NCBI GenBank assembly: GCA_001897745.1
Contig: MKUH01000019.1
Coordinates: 250,332-314,331, forward strand
Direction: 5' to 3'
Origin: Candidatus Accumulibacter sp. 66-26
Lineage (GTDB): Bacteria > Pseudomonadota > Gammaproteobacteria > Burkholderiales > Rhodocyclaceae
Length of the DNA stretch: 64,000 nucleotides
Position numbers and translations under genes: made by a program. Position 1 is the first letter of the stretch. Each line of letters opens with the position of its first letter. This document shows positions 29,742 through 38,012 of the stretch, in pieces. Below the pieces are notes generated by a model that made no database searches, was not told the DNA's origin, and saw nothing but the letters and a program-made list of their open reading frames with translations.

Positions 29742-31904
29742 TCAGACGCGCGCCTTGCGGATTTCTTCGAACACGCGCTTGGCCGAATCCTCGATGCGCG
29801 TGCCCGGCCCGAAGATCGCCTTGGCGCCCGCGCCGTAGAGGTAGTCGTAGTCCTGCGCCGGAATCACGCCGCCAGCGAAGACGATGATGTCGTCGGCGCC
29901 CTGCTCCTTGAGCGCCTTGACGAGCGCCGGCAGCAGCGTCTTGTGGCCGGCGGCGAGCGACGAGACGCCGACCGCGTGCACGTCGTTCTCCACTGCCAGG
30001 CGGGCGGCTTCTTCCGGCGTCTGGAAGAGCGGGCCGACGTCGATGTCGAAGCCGAGGTCTGCGAAGGCCGTCGCCACCACCTTGGCGCCGCGATCGTGGC
30101 CGTCCTGGCCGAGCTTGGCGATCATGATGCGCGGGCGGCGGCCTTCCTCGTCCTTGAACTTCTCGATGTCGGCCTTGATCGATTCCCAGCTTTCCTGACC
30201 TTCCACGACGCCTCCATACACTCCCGAGATGGTCTGGTTGTTGGCGCGGAAGCGGCCGAACACTTTTTCCAGCGCATCCGACACTTCGCCGACCGTGGCG
30301 CGCAGACGGATGGCCTTGACCGTCAGGTCGAGCAGGTTGCCGTCGCCGGTTTCCGCGCACTGCGTCAGCGCGTCGAGCGCGGCTTGCACGGCAGCACCAT
30401 CGCGGCTGGCGCGGATGGCCTTCAGGCGGGCGATCTGCGAGTCGCGCACGGCGTGGTTGTCGATGTCGAGGATCTCGATCGGGTCTTCCTTGGCCAGCTT
30501 GTACTTGTTCACGCCGACGATCACGTCCTTGCCCGAATCGATGCGCGCCTGCTTGTCGGCGGCGCAGGTCTCGACCTGCATCTTCGCCCAGCCAGACTCG
30601 ACGGCCTTGGTCATGCCGCCCATCGCCTCGATTTCCTGGATGATGCCCCAGGCCTTGTCGGCCATGTCCTGGGTCAGCTTCTCCATCATGTAGGAGCCGG
30701 CCCACGGATCGACGACGTTACAGATGTGCGTCTCTTCCTGGATGATCAGCTGCGTGTTGCGCGCGATGCGCGACGAGAACTCGGTCGGCAGCGCGATCGC
30801 TTCGTCGAGCGCGTTGGTGTGCAGCGACTGCGTGCCGCCGAAGACGGCGGCCATCGCCTCGATCGTCGTGCGCACGACGTTGTTGTACGGGTCCTGCTCG
30901 GTCAGCGACCAGCCCGAGGTCTGGCTGTGCGTACGCAGCATCATCGACTTCGGATTCTTCGGATTGAACTGGCTCATGATGCGCTGCCAGAGCAGGCGGC
31001 CGGCGCGCATCTTGGCGACTTCGAGGTAGAAGTTCATGCCCACCGCCCAGAAGAACGAGAGACGGCCGGCGAAGGTGTCGACGTCCATGCCCGAGGCGAT
31101 GCCGGTGCGCACGTATTCCATGCCGTCGGCCAGCGTGAAGGCCAGCTCGATCGCCTGGTTCGCGCCGGCTTCCTGGATGTGGTAGCCGGAAATCGAGATC
31201 GAGTTGAACTTCGGCATGTGCTGCGCGGTGTAGCCGAAGATGTCGGCGATGATCTTCATCGACGGCTTGGGCGGATAGATGTAGGTGTTGCGGACCATGA
31301 ACTCCTTGAGGATGTCGTTCTGGATGGTCCCCGACAGCTTGTCCTGCGCAACGCCCTGCTCCTCGGCGGCGACGATGTAGCCGGCGAGAATCGGCAGCAC
31401 CGCACCGTTCATCGTCATCGAGACGGAGACCTTGTCGAGCGGAATGCCGTCGAACAGGATCTTCATGTCCTCGACCGAATCGATCGCAACGCCGGCCTTG
31501 CCGACGTCGCCGACGACGCGCTGATTGTCCGAGTCGTAGCCGCGGTGCGTGGCCAGGTCGAAGGCCACCGAAACGCCCTGGCCGCCGGCGGCGAGCGCCT
31601 TGCGGTAGAAGGCGTTGGAGGCCTCGGCGGTGGAGAAGCCAGCGTACTGGCGAATGGTCCACGGCTTGACCGCGTACATGGTCGGCTGCGGGCCGCGCAG
31701 GAAAGGCGCGAAACCGGGCAGCGTATCGGTATACTGCAACCCGTCGAGGTCCTGCCTGGTATACAGCGGCTTGACGACGATGCCTTCGGGCGTCACCCAG
31801 TTCAACGCCGCGACGTCGCCGTTCGGCGCCGACTTGGCCGCGGCCTTTTGCCAAGCGTCGAGATTCGTCGAGTCGAGCGGAGCTGCGTCATTCGCGTTGG
31901 ACAT
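29742..31904 (-). CDS. methylmalonyl-CoA mutase, fused large form (adenosylcobalamin-dependent)
   Basis: 720 aa from MSNANDAAP. It has the substrate barrel ([15 protein letters not shown]) and a C-terminal B12-binding domain ([10 protein letters not shown]). Confidence 0.95.
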   Translation of the reverse strand: MSNANDAAPLDSTNLDAWQKAAAKSAPNGDVAALNWVTPEGIVVKPLYTRQDLDGLQYTDTLPGFAPFLRGPQPTMYAVKPWTIRQYAGFSTAEASNAFYRKALAAGGQGVSVAFDLATHRGYDSDNQRVVGDVGKAGVAIDSVEDMKILFDGIPLDKVSVSMTMNGAVLPILAGYIVAAEEQGVAQDKLSGTIQNDILKEFMVRNTYIYPPKPSMKIIADIFGYTAQHMPKFNSISISGYHIQEAGANQAIELAFTLADGMEYVRTGIASGMDVDTFAGRLSFFWAVGMNFYLEVAKMRAGRLLWQRIMSQFNPKNPKSMMLRTHSQTSGWSLTEQDPYNNVVRTTIEAMAAVFGGTQSLHTNALDEAIALPTEFSSRIARNTQLIIQEETHICNVVDPWAGSYMMEKLTQDMADKAWGIIQEIEAMGGMTKAVESGWAKMQVETCAADKQARIDSGKDVIVGVNKYKLAKEDPIEILDIDNHAVRDSQIARLKAIRASRDGAAVQAALDALTQCAETGDGNLLDLTVKAIRLRATVGEVSDALEKVFGRFRANNQTISGVYGGVVEGQESWESIKADIEKFKDEEGRRPRIMIAKLGQDGHDRGAKVVATAFADLGFDIDVGPLFQTPEEAARLAVENDVHAVGVSSLAAGHKTLLPALVKALKEQGADDIIVFAGGVIPAQDYDYLYGAGAKAIFGPGTRIEDSAKRVFEEIRKARV

Positions 31905-32006
31905 GTTCAAACCTTTCACGAAACCTTGTAAGTTCGGGGGCGACCGCGCCGCCCGATGGTGCCAGAAAACCGCGCCGGCGTAGCGGAAACCAAGCTGCGA
32001 CGGTAC

Positions 32007-32060
32007 TTGACACTTCGAACCTGTAATAATACTGTATCCATAATTATGAATGCAAGGTCC
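32007..32060. promoter_or_regulatory. divergent control region of the mcm operon and gntR
   Basis: On the plus strand, TTGACA (32007-32012) is followed 17 nt later by TACTGT. On the minus strand, TTGCAT is followed 18 nt later by TATTAT. There is an imperfect GT-N6-AC palindrome CTGTAATAATACTG (32021-34) and the shared box ATAATTATGAATGCAAGG (32040-57). Confidence 0.45.
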
Positions 32061-32096
32061 CGCAGAGACCGCGAAACACCCACTAAAGAACCGCGC

Positions 32097-32762
32097 ATGA
32101 TTCCCAGCCGCATCGCCCAGACCGCCCTCTACCAGGAAGTTGCCGAACGCCTCCGGCAACGCATTTTCGCGCACGAACTGCCGCCGGGCACCTGGATCGA
32201 CGAACAGGCACTGGCCGTCGACTACGGCATCAGCCGCACGCCGCTGCGCGAAGCGCTCAAGGTGCTCGCCTCGGAGGGACTGGTGACGCTCAAGCCGCGC
32301 CGCGGCTGCTACGTGACCGAGATTTCGGAAAAAGACCTCGACGACATCTTCCCGCTGATGGCGATGCTCGAAGGCCGCTGCGCTTTCGAGGCGACCAGCA
32401 AGGCGCAGCCGGAGGACGTCGCGAAGCTCGAAGCGATCCACGCCGAGCTCGAACGGTTCGCCCAGAACAACCAGATCGAACGTTTCTTCGAGGCCAACCA
32501 GGAGTTCCACCTGCACATCCAGGGCCTCTCCGGCAACCGCTGGCTGCTACAGGTGATCCAGGACCTGCGCAAGGTGCTCAAGCTGACGCGCCTGCACTCG
32601 CTGACCGTCGAAGGGCGTCTGCAGCAATCGCTGGCCGAGCACCGCGCGATCATGGCGGCGATCAAGGCGCGCGACCCGAAGGCCGCGGAAAAGGCCATGC
32701 AGACGCACCTGCAGGCCGGCCGCGAAGCGCTCGCCAAGATGCACACCTCGCGCGCCGCCTGA
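32097..32762 (+). CDS. GntR-family (FCD-type) transcriptional regulator
   Basis: The wHTH segment is [13 protein letters not shown]...[19 protein letters not shown], followed by an FCD-like helical C-domain. An alternative ATG at 32046 adds 17 aa. Confidence 0.88.
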   Translation: MIPSRIAQTALYQEVAERLRQRIFAHELPPGTWIDEQALAVDYGISRTPLREALKVLASEGLVTLKPRRGCYVTEISEKDLDDIFPLMAMLEGRCAFEATSKAQPEDVAKLEAIHAELERFAQNNQIERFFEANQEFHLHIQGLSGNRWLLQVIQDLRKVLKLTRLHSLTVEGRLQQSLAEHRAIMAAIKARDPKAAEKAMQTHLQAGREALAKMHTSRAA

Positions 32763-32763
32763 G

Positions 32764-33543
32764 ATGGGCGGCGCCGTCCTCTGCGCCCACGACGGGGCGC
32801 TGGCCACCGTTACGCTAAGCAATCCGGGCAAGCTCAACGCCGTCGACTTCGCGATGTGGGAAAGCCTCGCCGCGACCATCGCCGCGCTTTCCGCCGACGA
32901 CCAGGTGCGCTGCGTGATCCTGCGCGGCGAGGGCGAACAGGCTTTTGCCGCCGGCGGCGACCTCGAGGAATTCCGCACCCGGCGCGACACCGTCGACCGC
33001 GCCATGGCCTACCACGGACAGGTCGGCGCCGCACTGCAGGCGATCGCCGACTGCCGTCACCCGACGCTCGCCCAGATCCACGGCGCGTGCATCGGCGGCG
33101 GCCTGGAAATCGCCGGCAACTGCGACCTGCGCATCTGCGGCGAAACGGCGCGCTTCGGCGCACCGATCAACAAGCTCGGCTTCTCGATGTACCCCGGGGA
33201 AATGGAAGGCCTGATGCGCCTCGTCGGCGCCGCGACAGTGCTCGAAATCCTGCTCGAAGGGCGCATCCTGAGCGCCGCCGAGGCCTGCGCCAAGGGCCTC
33301 GTGACGCGCGTCGTCGCCGACGCCGAGGTCGCCGGCGAAGTCGCCGCGACGGCCCGTCGCATCTGCGCCGGCGCCCCGCTCGTCGCGGGCTGGCACAAGC
33401 AGTGGGTGCGCCGCCTGCAGCACGACGTGCCGCTGTCCGACGACGAACTGCGCGCGTCCTTCGCCTTCCTCGCCACCGAGGACTATCAGGAAGGCCTTGC
33501 CGCCTTCCTCGCCAAGCGCCCGCCGCAGTTCAAGGCACGCTGA
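32764..33543 (+). CDS. enoyl-CoA hydratase/isomerase (crotonase) family protein
   Basis: 259 aa with the crotonase oxyanion motif region (ILRGEGEQAFAAGGDLEEF). It starts 2 nt after the gntR stop. Confidence 0.88.
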   Translation: MGGAVLCAHDGALATVTLSNPGKLNAVDFAMWESLAATIAALSADDQVRCVILRGEGEQAFAAGGDLEEFRTRRDTVDRAMAYHGQVGAALQAIADCRHPTLAQIHGACIGGGLEIAGNCDLRICGETARFGAPINKLGFSMYPGEMEGLMRLVGAATVLEILLEGRILSAAEACAKGLVTRVVADAEVAGEVAATARRICAGAPLVAGWHKQWVRRLQHDVPLSDDELRASFAFLATEDYQEGLAAFLAKRPPQFKAR

Positions 33544-33573
33544 GCGCGCCCCGGCGGGGTTTGCCCCTGCCGC

Positions 33574-34374
33574 TCAGGCGAAGACGCCCCACAGCATTTT
33601 CACGACCAGCGCCACCAGCACGCCGGCAAAAACGCGCTTGAGCGTCGCCACCGGCAACCGGTGCGCGAGCCTCGCCCCGAACGGCGCGACCAGCGTGCTG
33701 ACCACCGTCACGAGGACGAGGGCCGGCAGATAGATGAAACCGGCGGTCAGCGGCGGCAGGCCGGGGTGCCCCCAGCCGTTGACCAGATAACCGATCGCGC
33801 CAGCAACGGCGATCGGCAGGCCGAGCGCGGCGGAAGTGCCGATCGCGTTGTGCGCCTTGACGTTGCACCAGGCCATGAAGGGTACGGAAAGCGATCCGCC
33901 GCCGATCGCCACCAGCGCCGAAACGCCGCCGATGCCCAGGCCGACGACCCCAAGGCCGAGCGCGCCGGGCAGGTCGCGGTGCGGCTTCGGCTTGATGTTG
34001 AGCAGCATCTGCACAGCGACGTAAGAAATGAAGCAGGCGAAGAAGATCGTCAGCGGCCGCGTCGGCAGCAGGGCGGCGACGAAGGTCGCGCCGAAGGTGC
34101 CGAACAGGATGCCCGGCGTCATCCCCCGCACCACCTTCCAGAGCACCGCACCGTGCGCATGGTGGGCGCGCAGCGAGGATATCGAAGTGAAGATGATCGC
34201 CGCCATCGACGTGCCCAGCGCGAGGTGCACCACCTCGCTCTTGGGAAAACCTTCGGCCAGGAAGATGCTGGTCAGGATCGGCACCATGATCGCGCCGCCG
34301 CCGACGCCGAGCAGCCCGGCAAAGAAACCGGCGAACGCCCCCAGGGCCAGATAGGCCCACCAAAACTCGGTCAA
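33574..34374 (-). CDS. TSUP (TauE/SafE) family membrane transporter
   Basis: Polytopic ORF with GLLGVGGGAIMVPIL motifs. The probable TTG start overlaps the EVE gene stop (GTTGA). The ATG at 34413 is the alternative. Confidence 0.82.
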   Translation of the reverse strand: MTEFWWAYLALGAFAGFFAGLLGVGGGAIMVPILTSIFLAEGFPKSEVVHLALGTSMAAIIFTSISSLRAHHAHGAVLWKVVRGMTPGILFGTFGATFVAALLPTRPLTIFFACFISYVAVQMLLNIKPKPHRDLPGALGLGVVGLGIGGVSALVAIGGGSLSVPFMAWCNVKAHNAIGTSAALGLPIAVAGAIGYLVNGWGHPGLPPLTAGFIYLPALVLVTVVSTLVAPFGARLAHRLPVATLKRVFAGVLVALVVKMLWGVFA

Positions 34375-34835
34375 CTTCCGCTCCTCATCAGTCTTTCGGT
34401 TACGAAACGCCACTCGGCCTCGCCGACCGGCGTGATCGACAGCCGGTTGCCCCGCTGCAGCACCGGCATCGCGGCCAGTTCGACGTGCTCGCGCAGTTCG
34501 GCCAGCGGCACCAGCCGCGTCTTGCGCAAGAAGCGCACATCGACGCAGACCCAGCGCGGATCGTCCGGCGACGACTTGGCGTCGAAATACGGACTGGCCG
34601 GATCGAATTGCGTCAGGTCAGGGTGCGCCGGCGCGGTGACTTCGCACAGGCCGGCAATGCCGGGCACCGGACAGCCGGAATGGTAGAAGAAGGCCAGATC
34701 GCCGACCTGCATCGCATCGCGCATGAAGTTGCGCGCCTGATAGTTGCGCACGCCGAACCACGGCACCGTCCGTCGCGCTTCGAGATCGTCGATCGAAACC
34801 TCGTCCGGCTCCGATTTCATCAGCCAGTAGCGCAT
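34371..34835 (-). CDS. EVE (PUA-like) domain protein
   Basis: 154 aa from MRYWLMKSEPDEVSIDDL..., a typical EVE N-terminus. GGAGG lies 5 nt upstream of the ATG. Confidence 0.85.
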   Translation of the reverse strand: MRYWLMKSEPDEVSIDDLEARRTVPWFGVRNYQARNFMRDAMQVGDLAFFYHSGCPVPGIAGLCEVTAPAHPDLTQFDPASPYFDAKSSPDDPRWVCVDVRFLRKTRLVPLAELREHVELAAMPVLQRGNRLSITPVGEAEWRFVTERLMRSGS

Positions 34836-34849
34836 GCCACCCTCCAATG

Positions 34850-34878
34850 AAAACAGCGCGGAAGAAACTTCCGCGCTG
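34850..34878 (-). terminator. rho-independent terminator closing the zapA-6S RNA unit
   Basis: The minus strand reads CAGCGCGGAAG-UUU-CUUCCGCGCUG (11 bp, perfect) followed by UUUU. Confidence 0.8.
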
Positions 34879-34883
34879 TCGTA

Positions 34884-35068
34884 TTTGGTCCCCGCGAGTG
34901 TCGTCAGGCCGGCATCCTGAACCTGAGTTCAGAGTGGTCACATTCCGTCCGCATCAGGCGCACCCGACATATGGGGCACACACAACAGCGGTTTATCTGG
35001 TCCGCGACCGATGCCAATTAGCATTGGTTCAAGGAATATATGACCTTAACAAACACCGCAGGGAACGC
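34884..35068 (-). ncRNA. ssrS: 6S RNA candidate
   Basis: About 185 nt of non-coding sequence lie directly downstream of zapA on the same strand. A closing helix pairs 35053-35063 with 34890-34901, around a long imperfect rod. An internal CUGAAC-UCAG-GUUCAG hairpin (34917-34932) resembles the E. coli 6S 3'-bubble hairpin. The ends are approximate. Confidence 0.72.
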
Positions 35069-35079
35069 TTGGCGGAGGC

Positions 35080-35433
35080 TCAGAACAGCTGTTCCTGCGG
35101 CTTCAGCACCGCTTCCAGCTGCGCCTCCATGTCAGAAATTCTACGCCGAACGGCGCCGATGTCCAGCCCTTCGGCGCCACTTTCAGCCTCCCCGGATTGA
35201 TCGCCGCCGACGCGCTCCTGGCGGCCGGCGAGCAGCTCGTGCGCGATGTTCAGCGCGGCCATCACGGCGATGCGTTCGGCAATGTTGCTCTTGGTCTTCT
35301 CGGCGATGTCGTGCATCTTGCCGTCGACGTAGGCGACGGCGGCCAGCAGGGCCTCCTGTTCGGCCGGCGGGCAGGCGACGCGGTATTCCTTGCCGAGCAG
35401 GGTAATGTCGAGAAAGTTGGCTTCGTTGGGCAT
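35080..35433 (-). CDS. zapA: cell division protein ZapA
   Basis: 117 aa (LDITLLGKEYRVACPPAEQEALLAAVAYVDGKM) with a coiled-coil C-terminus. Confidence 0.88.
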   Translation of the reverse strand: MPNEANFLDITLLGKEYRVACPPAEQEALLAAVAYVDGKMHDIAEKTKSNIAERIAVMAALNIAHELLAGRQERVGGDQSGEAESGAEGLDIGAVRRRISDMEAQLEAVLKPQEQLF

Positions 35434-35444
35434 CAGGCGCTCGC

Positions 35445-35645
35445 TCAGGCCTTGGCTTCGGGGAGTTGCTTGGCGAGTTGCTCGAGCCGCTCGCGGGCGG
35501 ACTCCATGCGCTCGGCCAGGCGCTGTTTTTCGTCCTCGGCCGCGGCGAGCTTCTGGCGAAGCTCGGCATTTTCCGCCCGCAAGGCGCGGCACAAGGCCGC
35601 CACTTCGGCGATTTTGCTCTCGAGCACGTTGAGGTCTTGAATCAT
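35445..35645 (-). CDS. small coiled-coil protein (TIGR02449-like, usual zapA upstream partner)
   Basis: 66 aa from the first ATG (MIQDLNVLESKIAEV...). Heptad-rich. The TTG at 35672 in the ORF track is unlikely because it overlaps the promoter-like boxes. Confidence 0.7.
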   Translation of the reverse strand: MIQDLNVLESKIAEVAALCRALRAENAELRQKLAAAEDEKQRLAERMESARERLEQLAKQLPEAKA

Positions 35646-35652
35646 GTCGCGG

Positions 35653-35682
35653 ACTATAGATTTAAAAACCAAGGCAAGTCAA
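35653..35682 (-). promoter_or_regulatory. candidate sigma70 promoter for the coiled-coil gene, zapA and ssrS
   Basis: The minus strand reads TTGACT-18 nt-TATAGT, with the -10 box ending 7 nt before the ATG at 35645. This implies a very short or absent leader. Confidence 0.4.
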
Positions 35683-35799
35683 GGACTAAGCGCCCGTTTT
35701 AAATGTGATTTATTTCTCATCTCTCTCCGTTTGTTCCTGTGCGGACGCACTTCTCGCTATAATTACGGGTTCCGTCGCAACCGATGCGACGGAATTTAC

Positions 35800-35984
35800 G
35801 TGCAAGGTGCCGCAACGCAGATTCTCTGCCGCGGTTAAACGGGAAACAGGTGAGCGTCGACGCGACGCGATGCCTGTGCTGCCCCCGCAACGGTAAGCGA
35901 GTGCGGGTGTGTCACATGCCACTGGGCGAAAGCTTGGGAAGGCGACACATCAAGACTCGCGAGCCCGGATACCGGCCTTCGCAC
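35800..35984 (+). promoter_or_regulatory. cobalamin (AdoCbl) riboswitch aptamer
   Basis: The ordered core motifs are GGUGCC, GGUUAAACGGGAA, GCUGCCCCCGCAACGGUAAGCG, GCCACUGGG, GGGAAGGC and the B12 box GAGCCCGGAUACCGGCC. P1 pairs GUGCAAGG with CCUUCGCAC. It lies upstream of btuB. Confidence 0.9.
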
Positions 35985-36149
35985 ACATCAGCGGAAGTGC
36001 CGCGGGGAAGCGGTCACGAATGCATGGTGCGGGCCGCAGACAGGTTGCAGTCACCCGCTCTCTGTTTCGTTCAGGTTCTCCCCGGGCGCTTCCAGACATC
36101 AATCTGCCGGCGTGCGGGGACGCTTGCCGGCGACCGGGAGAATCCCCCC

Positions 36150-38003
36150 ATGCCATCCATCCACGTACGCACGCCCGTCGCGACCCTCGCGGCCCTCCTC
36201 GCCACCGTTTTTCCCCCGACTGGGCAGGCCGCCGACAAACCGAGCAGCGAACTCGGACAAGTCGTCGTCACGGCGACCCGCCAAGCAACGCGTAGCAACG
36301 AGCTGCTCAGCGACGTTTCGGTCATCGAGCGCGAGACGATCGAACAGGCCGGCCAGACGACCCTCGTCGAACTCCTGGCGCAGCAACCGGGGATCGAGTA
36401 TTCCGCAAACGGCGGCCCCGGCGCGAATAACGCCATTTTCATCCGCGGCGCCAACAGCAATCACACGCTGCTGCTCATCGACGGGCAGCGCGTCGGTTCC
36501 GTCAGCACCGGCGCGGCCGATTTTTCGCGCCTCTCGCTGAACCAGATCGAGCGCATCGAAATTCTGCGCGGCCCCGCCTCGTCGCTGTACGGCGCGGACG
36601 CCATCGGCGGCGTCATCCAGATTTTCACCAAGCGCGGAGAAGGGCCTGCCCGCATCAACGCCAGCGCCGGCTACGGCACTTACGGCACGACCGACGCCAG
36701 CCTCGGCATCGCCGGTGGCAACGACGTCGTCTCCTATAGTCTGCAGACGGGGCATTACGAGACGCGCGGCTTCAGCGCCATCCGCAACACGGCCAGCAGC
36801 AACTACAACCCGGACCGCGACTCGTTCCGCAACCAGAGCATCAACGGCAGCCTGGCCCTGCGACCGGCGCAAGGCCACGAAATCGGGCTGAACTTCCTGT
36901 CCGGCAATGGCACCAGCCACTACGACAACGGCCTCGGCAACGATCCGAGCAACGATCAAAGCGTCAGCAATTTTTCGCTGTACTCGCGCAACCGTCTGAG
37001 CAGCGACTGGAACAGCACGCTGCGCATCGGGCGCAGCACCGACGATTCGACCAACCGCATCAACGGCATCGCCAACAGCGTTTACCGCACCGACCAGGAT
37101 CAGGTTTCCTGGCAGAACGACATCCGGCTACCCGTAGGCAAGGCATTGCTCGCCGCCGAATATCTCAAGCAGCAACTGTCCAGCTCCTCGCCCCTGCCGA
37201 CCAACGAGCGCACCATTCGCTCGCTGCTCGCCGGCTGGAGCGGCAGCCTTGGCGACCACCGCCTGCAGGCCAACCTGCGTCGCGACGACAACTCGCAGTT
37301 CGGCGGCAGGACGACCGGCCAGGCCGCCTACGGCTACCAGTTCACGCCCGAGTGGCGCGCCCATCTTTCCTACGGCACGGCCTTCAAGGCGCCCACCTTC
37401 AACAATCTGTACTTTCCGCTCTCCTGCTTCCCCCCGTTCGGCTGCTTCGGCGGAAACCCGGACCTCAAGCCGGAGCGCGCGCGCAATGCCGAGACCGGCG
37501 TAAACTGGGAAAAGGGCGCGCAGCGTTTTTCGGCGATCTACTTCCGCAACAAGGTGACCGACCTGATCGATTCGTCGCTGCCGGTTCCGATGAACGTCAA
37601 CCAAGCGACGCTGAGCGGCACCTCGCTCTCGTACGCGAACAGCCTCGGCGCCTTCTCGGGCGGCGTCAGCGTCGACCTGCAGCGCGCGCGCGACGACACC
37701 ACCGGCAAGCGCCTCGCCCGCCGTGCCGACGAACAGCTGAAGGCGCACCTCGCCTACACTGCCGGAATGCTCAAGGTCGGCGGCGAGTGGCAACTGGTCG
37801 GCGACCGCTTCGACGACGCGGCCAACAAGAAGAGGCTTGGCGGCTACGGGCTCGTCAATCTGTTCGCCGACTACCGCATCGACCGCGAATGGACGCTGTT
37901 CGCCCGCGCCAACAACCTCTTCAACAAGGAGTATGAACTGGCCCGCGATTACGCCACGGCGGGCGCCAGCGTCTTCGTCGGCCTGCGCTACCAACAAAAG
38001 TAG
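36150..38003 (+). CDS. btuB: TonB-dependent vitamin B12 outer-membrane receptor
   Basis: 617 aa from MPSIHVRTP with a signal peptide, a TonB box-like VVVTATR, a plug and barrel, and a terminal aromatic-rich YQQK end. It is preceded by the riboswitch. Confidence 0.9.
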   Translation: MPSIHVRTPVATLAALLATVFPPTGQAADKPSSELGQVVVTATRQATRSNELLSDVSVIERETIEQAGQTTLVELLAQQPGIEYSANGGPGANNAIFIRGANSNHTLLLIDGQRVGSVSTGAADFSRLSLNQIERIEILRGPASSLYGADAIGGVIQIFTKRGEGPARINASAGYGTYGTTDASLGIAGGNDVVSYSLQTGHYETRGFSAIRNTASSNYNPDRDSFRNQSINGSLALRPAQGHEIGLNFLSGNGTSHYDNGLGNDPSNDQSVSNFSLYSRNRLSSDWNSTLRIGRSTDDSTNRINGIANSVYRTDQDQVSWQNDIRLPVGKALLAAEYLKQQLSSSSPLPTNERTIRSLLAGWSGSLGDHRLQANLRRDDNSQFGGRTTGQAAYGYQFTPEWRAHLSYGTAFKAPTFNNLYFPLSCFPPFGCFGGNPDLKPERARNAETGVNWEKGAQRFSAIYFRNKVTDLIDSSLPVPMNVNQATLSGTSLSYANSLGAFSGGVSVDLQRARDDTTGKRLARRADEQLKAHLAYTAGMLKVGGEWQLVGDRFDDAANKKRLGGYGLVNLFADYRIDREWTLFARANNLFNKEYELARDYATAGASVFVGLRYQQK

Positions 38004-38012
38004 AATCCCCCC

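Noticed and set aside
31956-32096. The upstream ATG at 31956 as the start of the GntR regulator, as in the ORF track.
   Set aside because: It would leave only 51 nt for two divergent promoters. It would also place the AT-rich promoter and operator-like island (32007-32060) inside coding sequence, and the added residues have no family resemblance.
34884-35068. The 6S RNA read on the plus strand, because GGUUCAAGG and the CUGAAC...GUUCAG palindrome also appear there.
   Set aside because: On the plus strand the strong hairpin-plus-U-tract terminator would lie at the 5' end rather than the 3' end. The orientation would also oppose zapA. The minus strand gives zapA-ssrS synteny, a closing helix and a 3' terminator.
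36010-36075. An intrinsic terminator in the btuB leader (GCGGG...CCCGC followed by UCUCUGUUUCGUU).
   Set aside because: The stem is only 5 bp with a loop of about 22 nt and an interrupted U tract. The SD-sequestering helix is a much better-supported expression platform.
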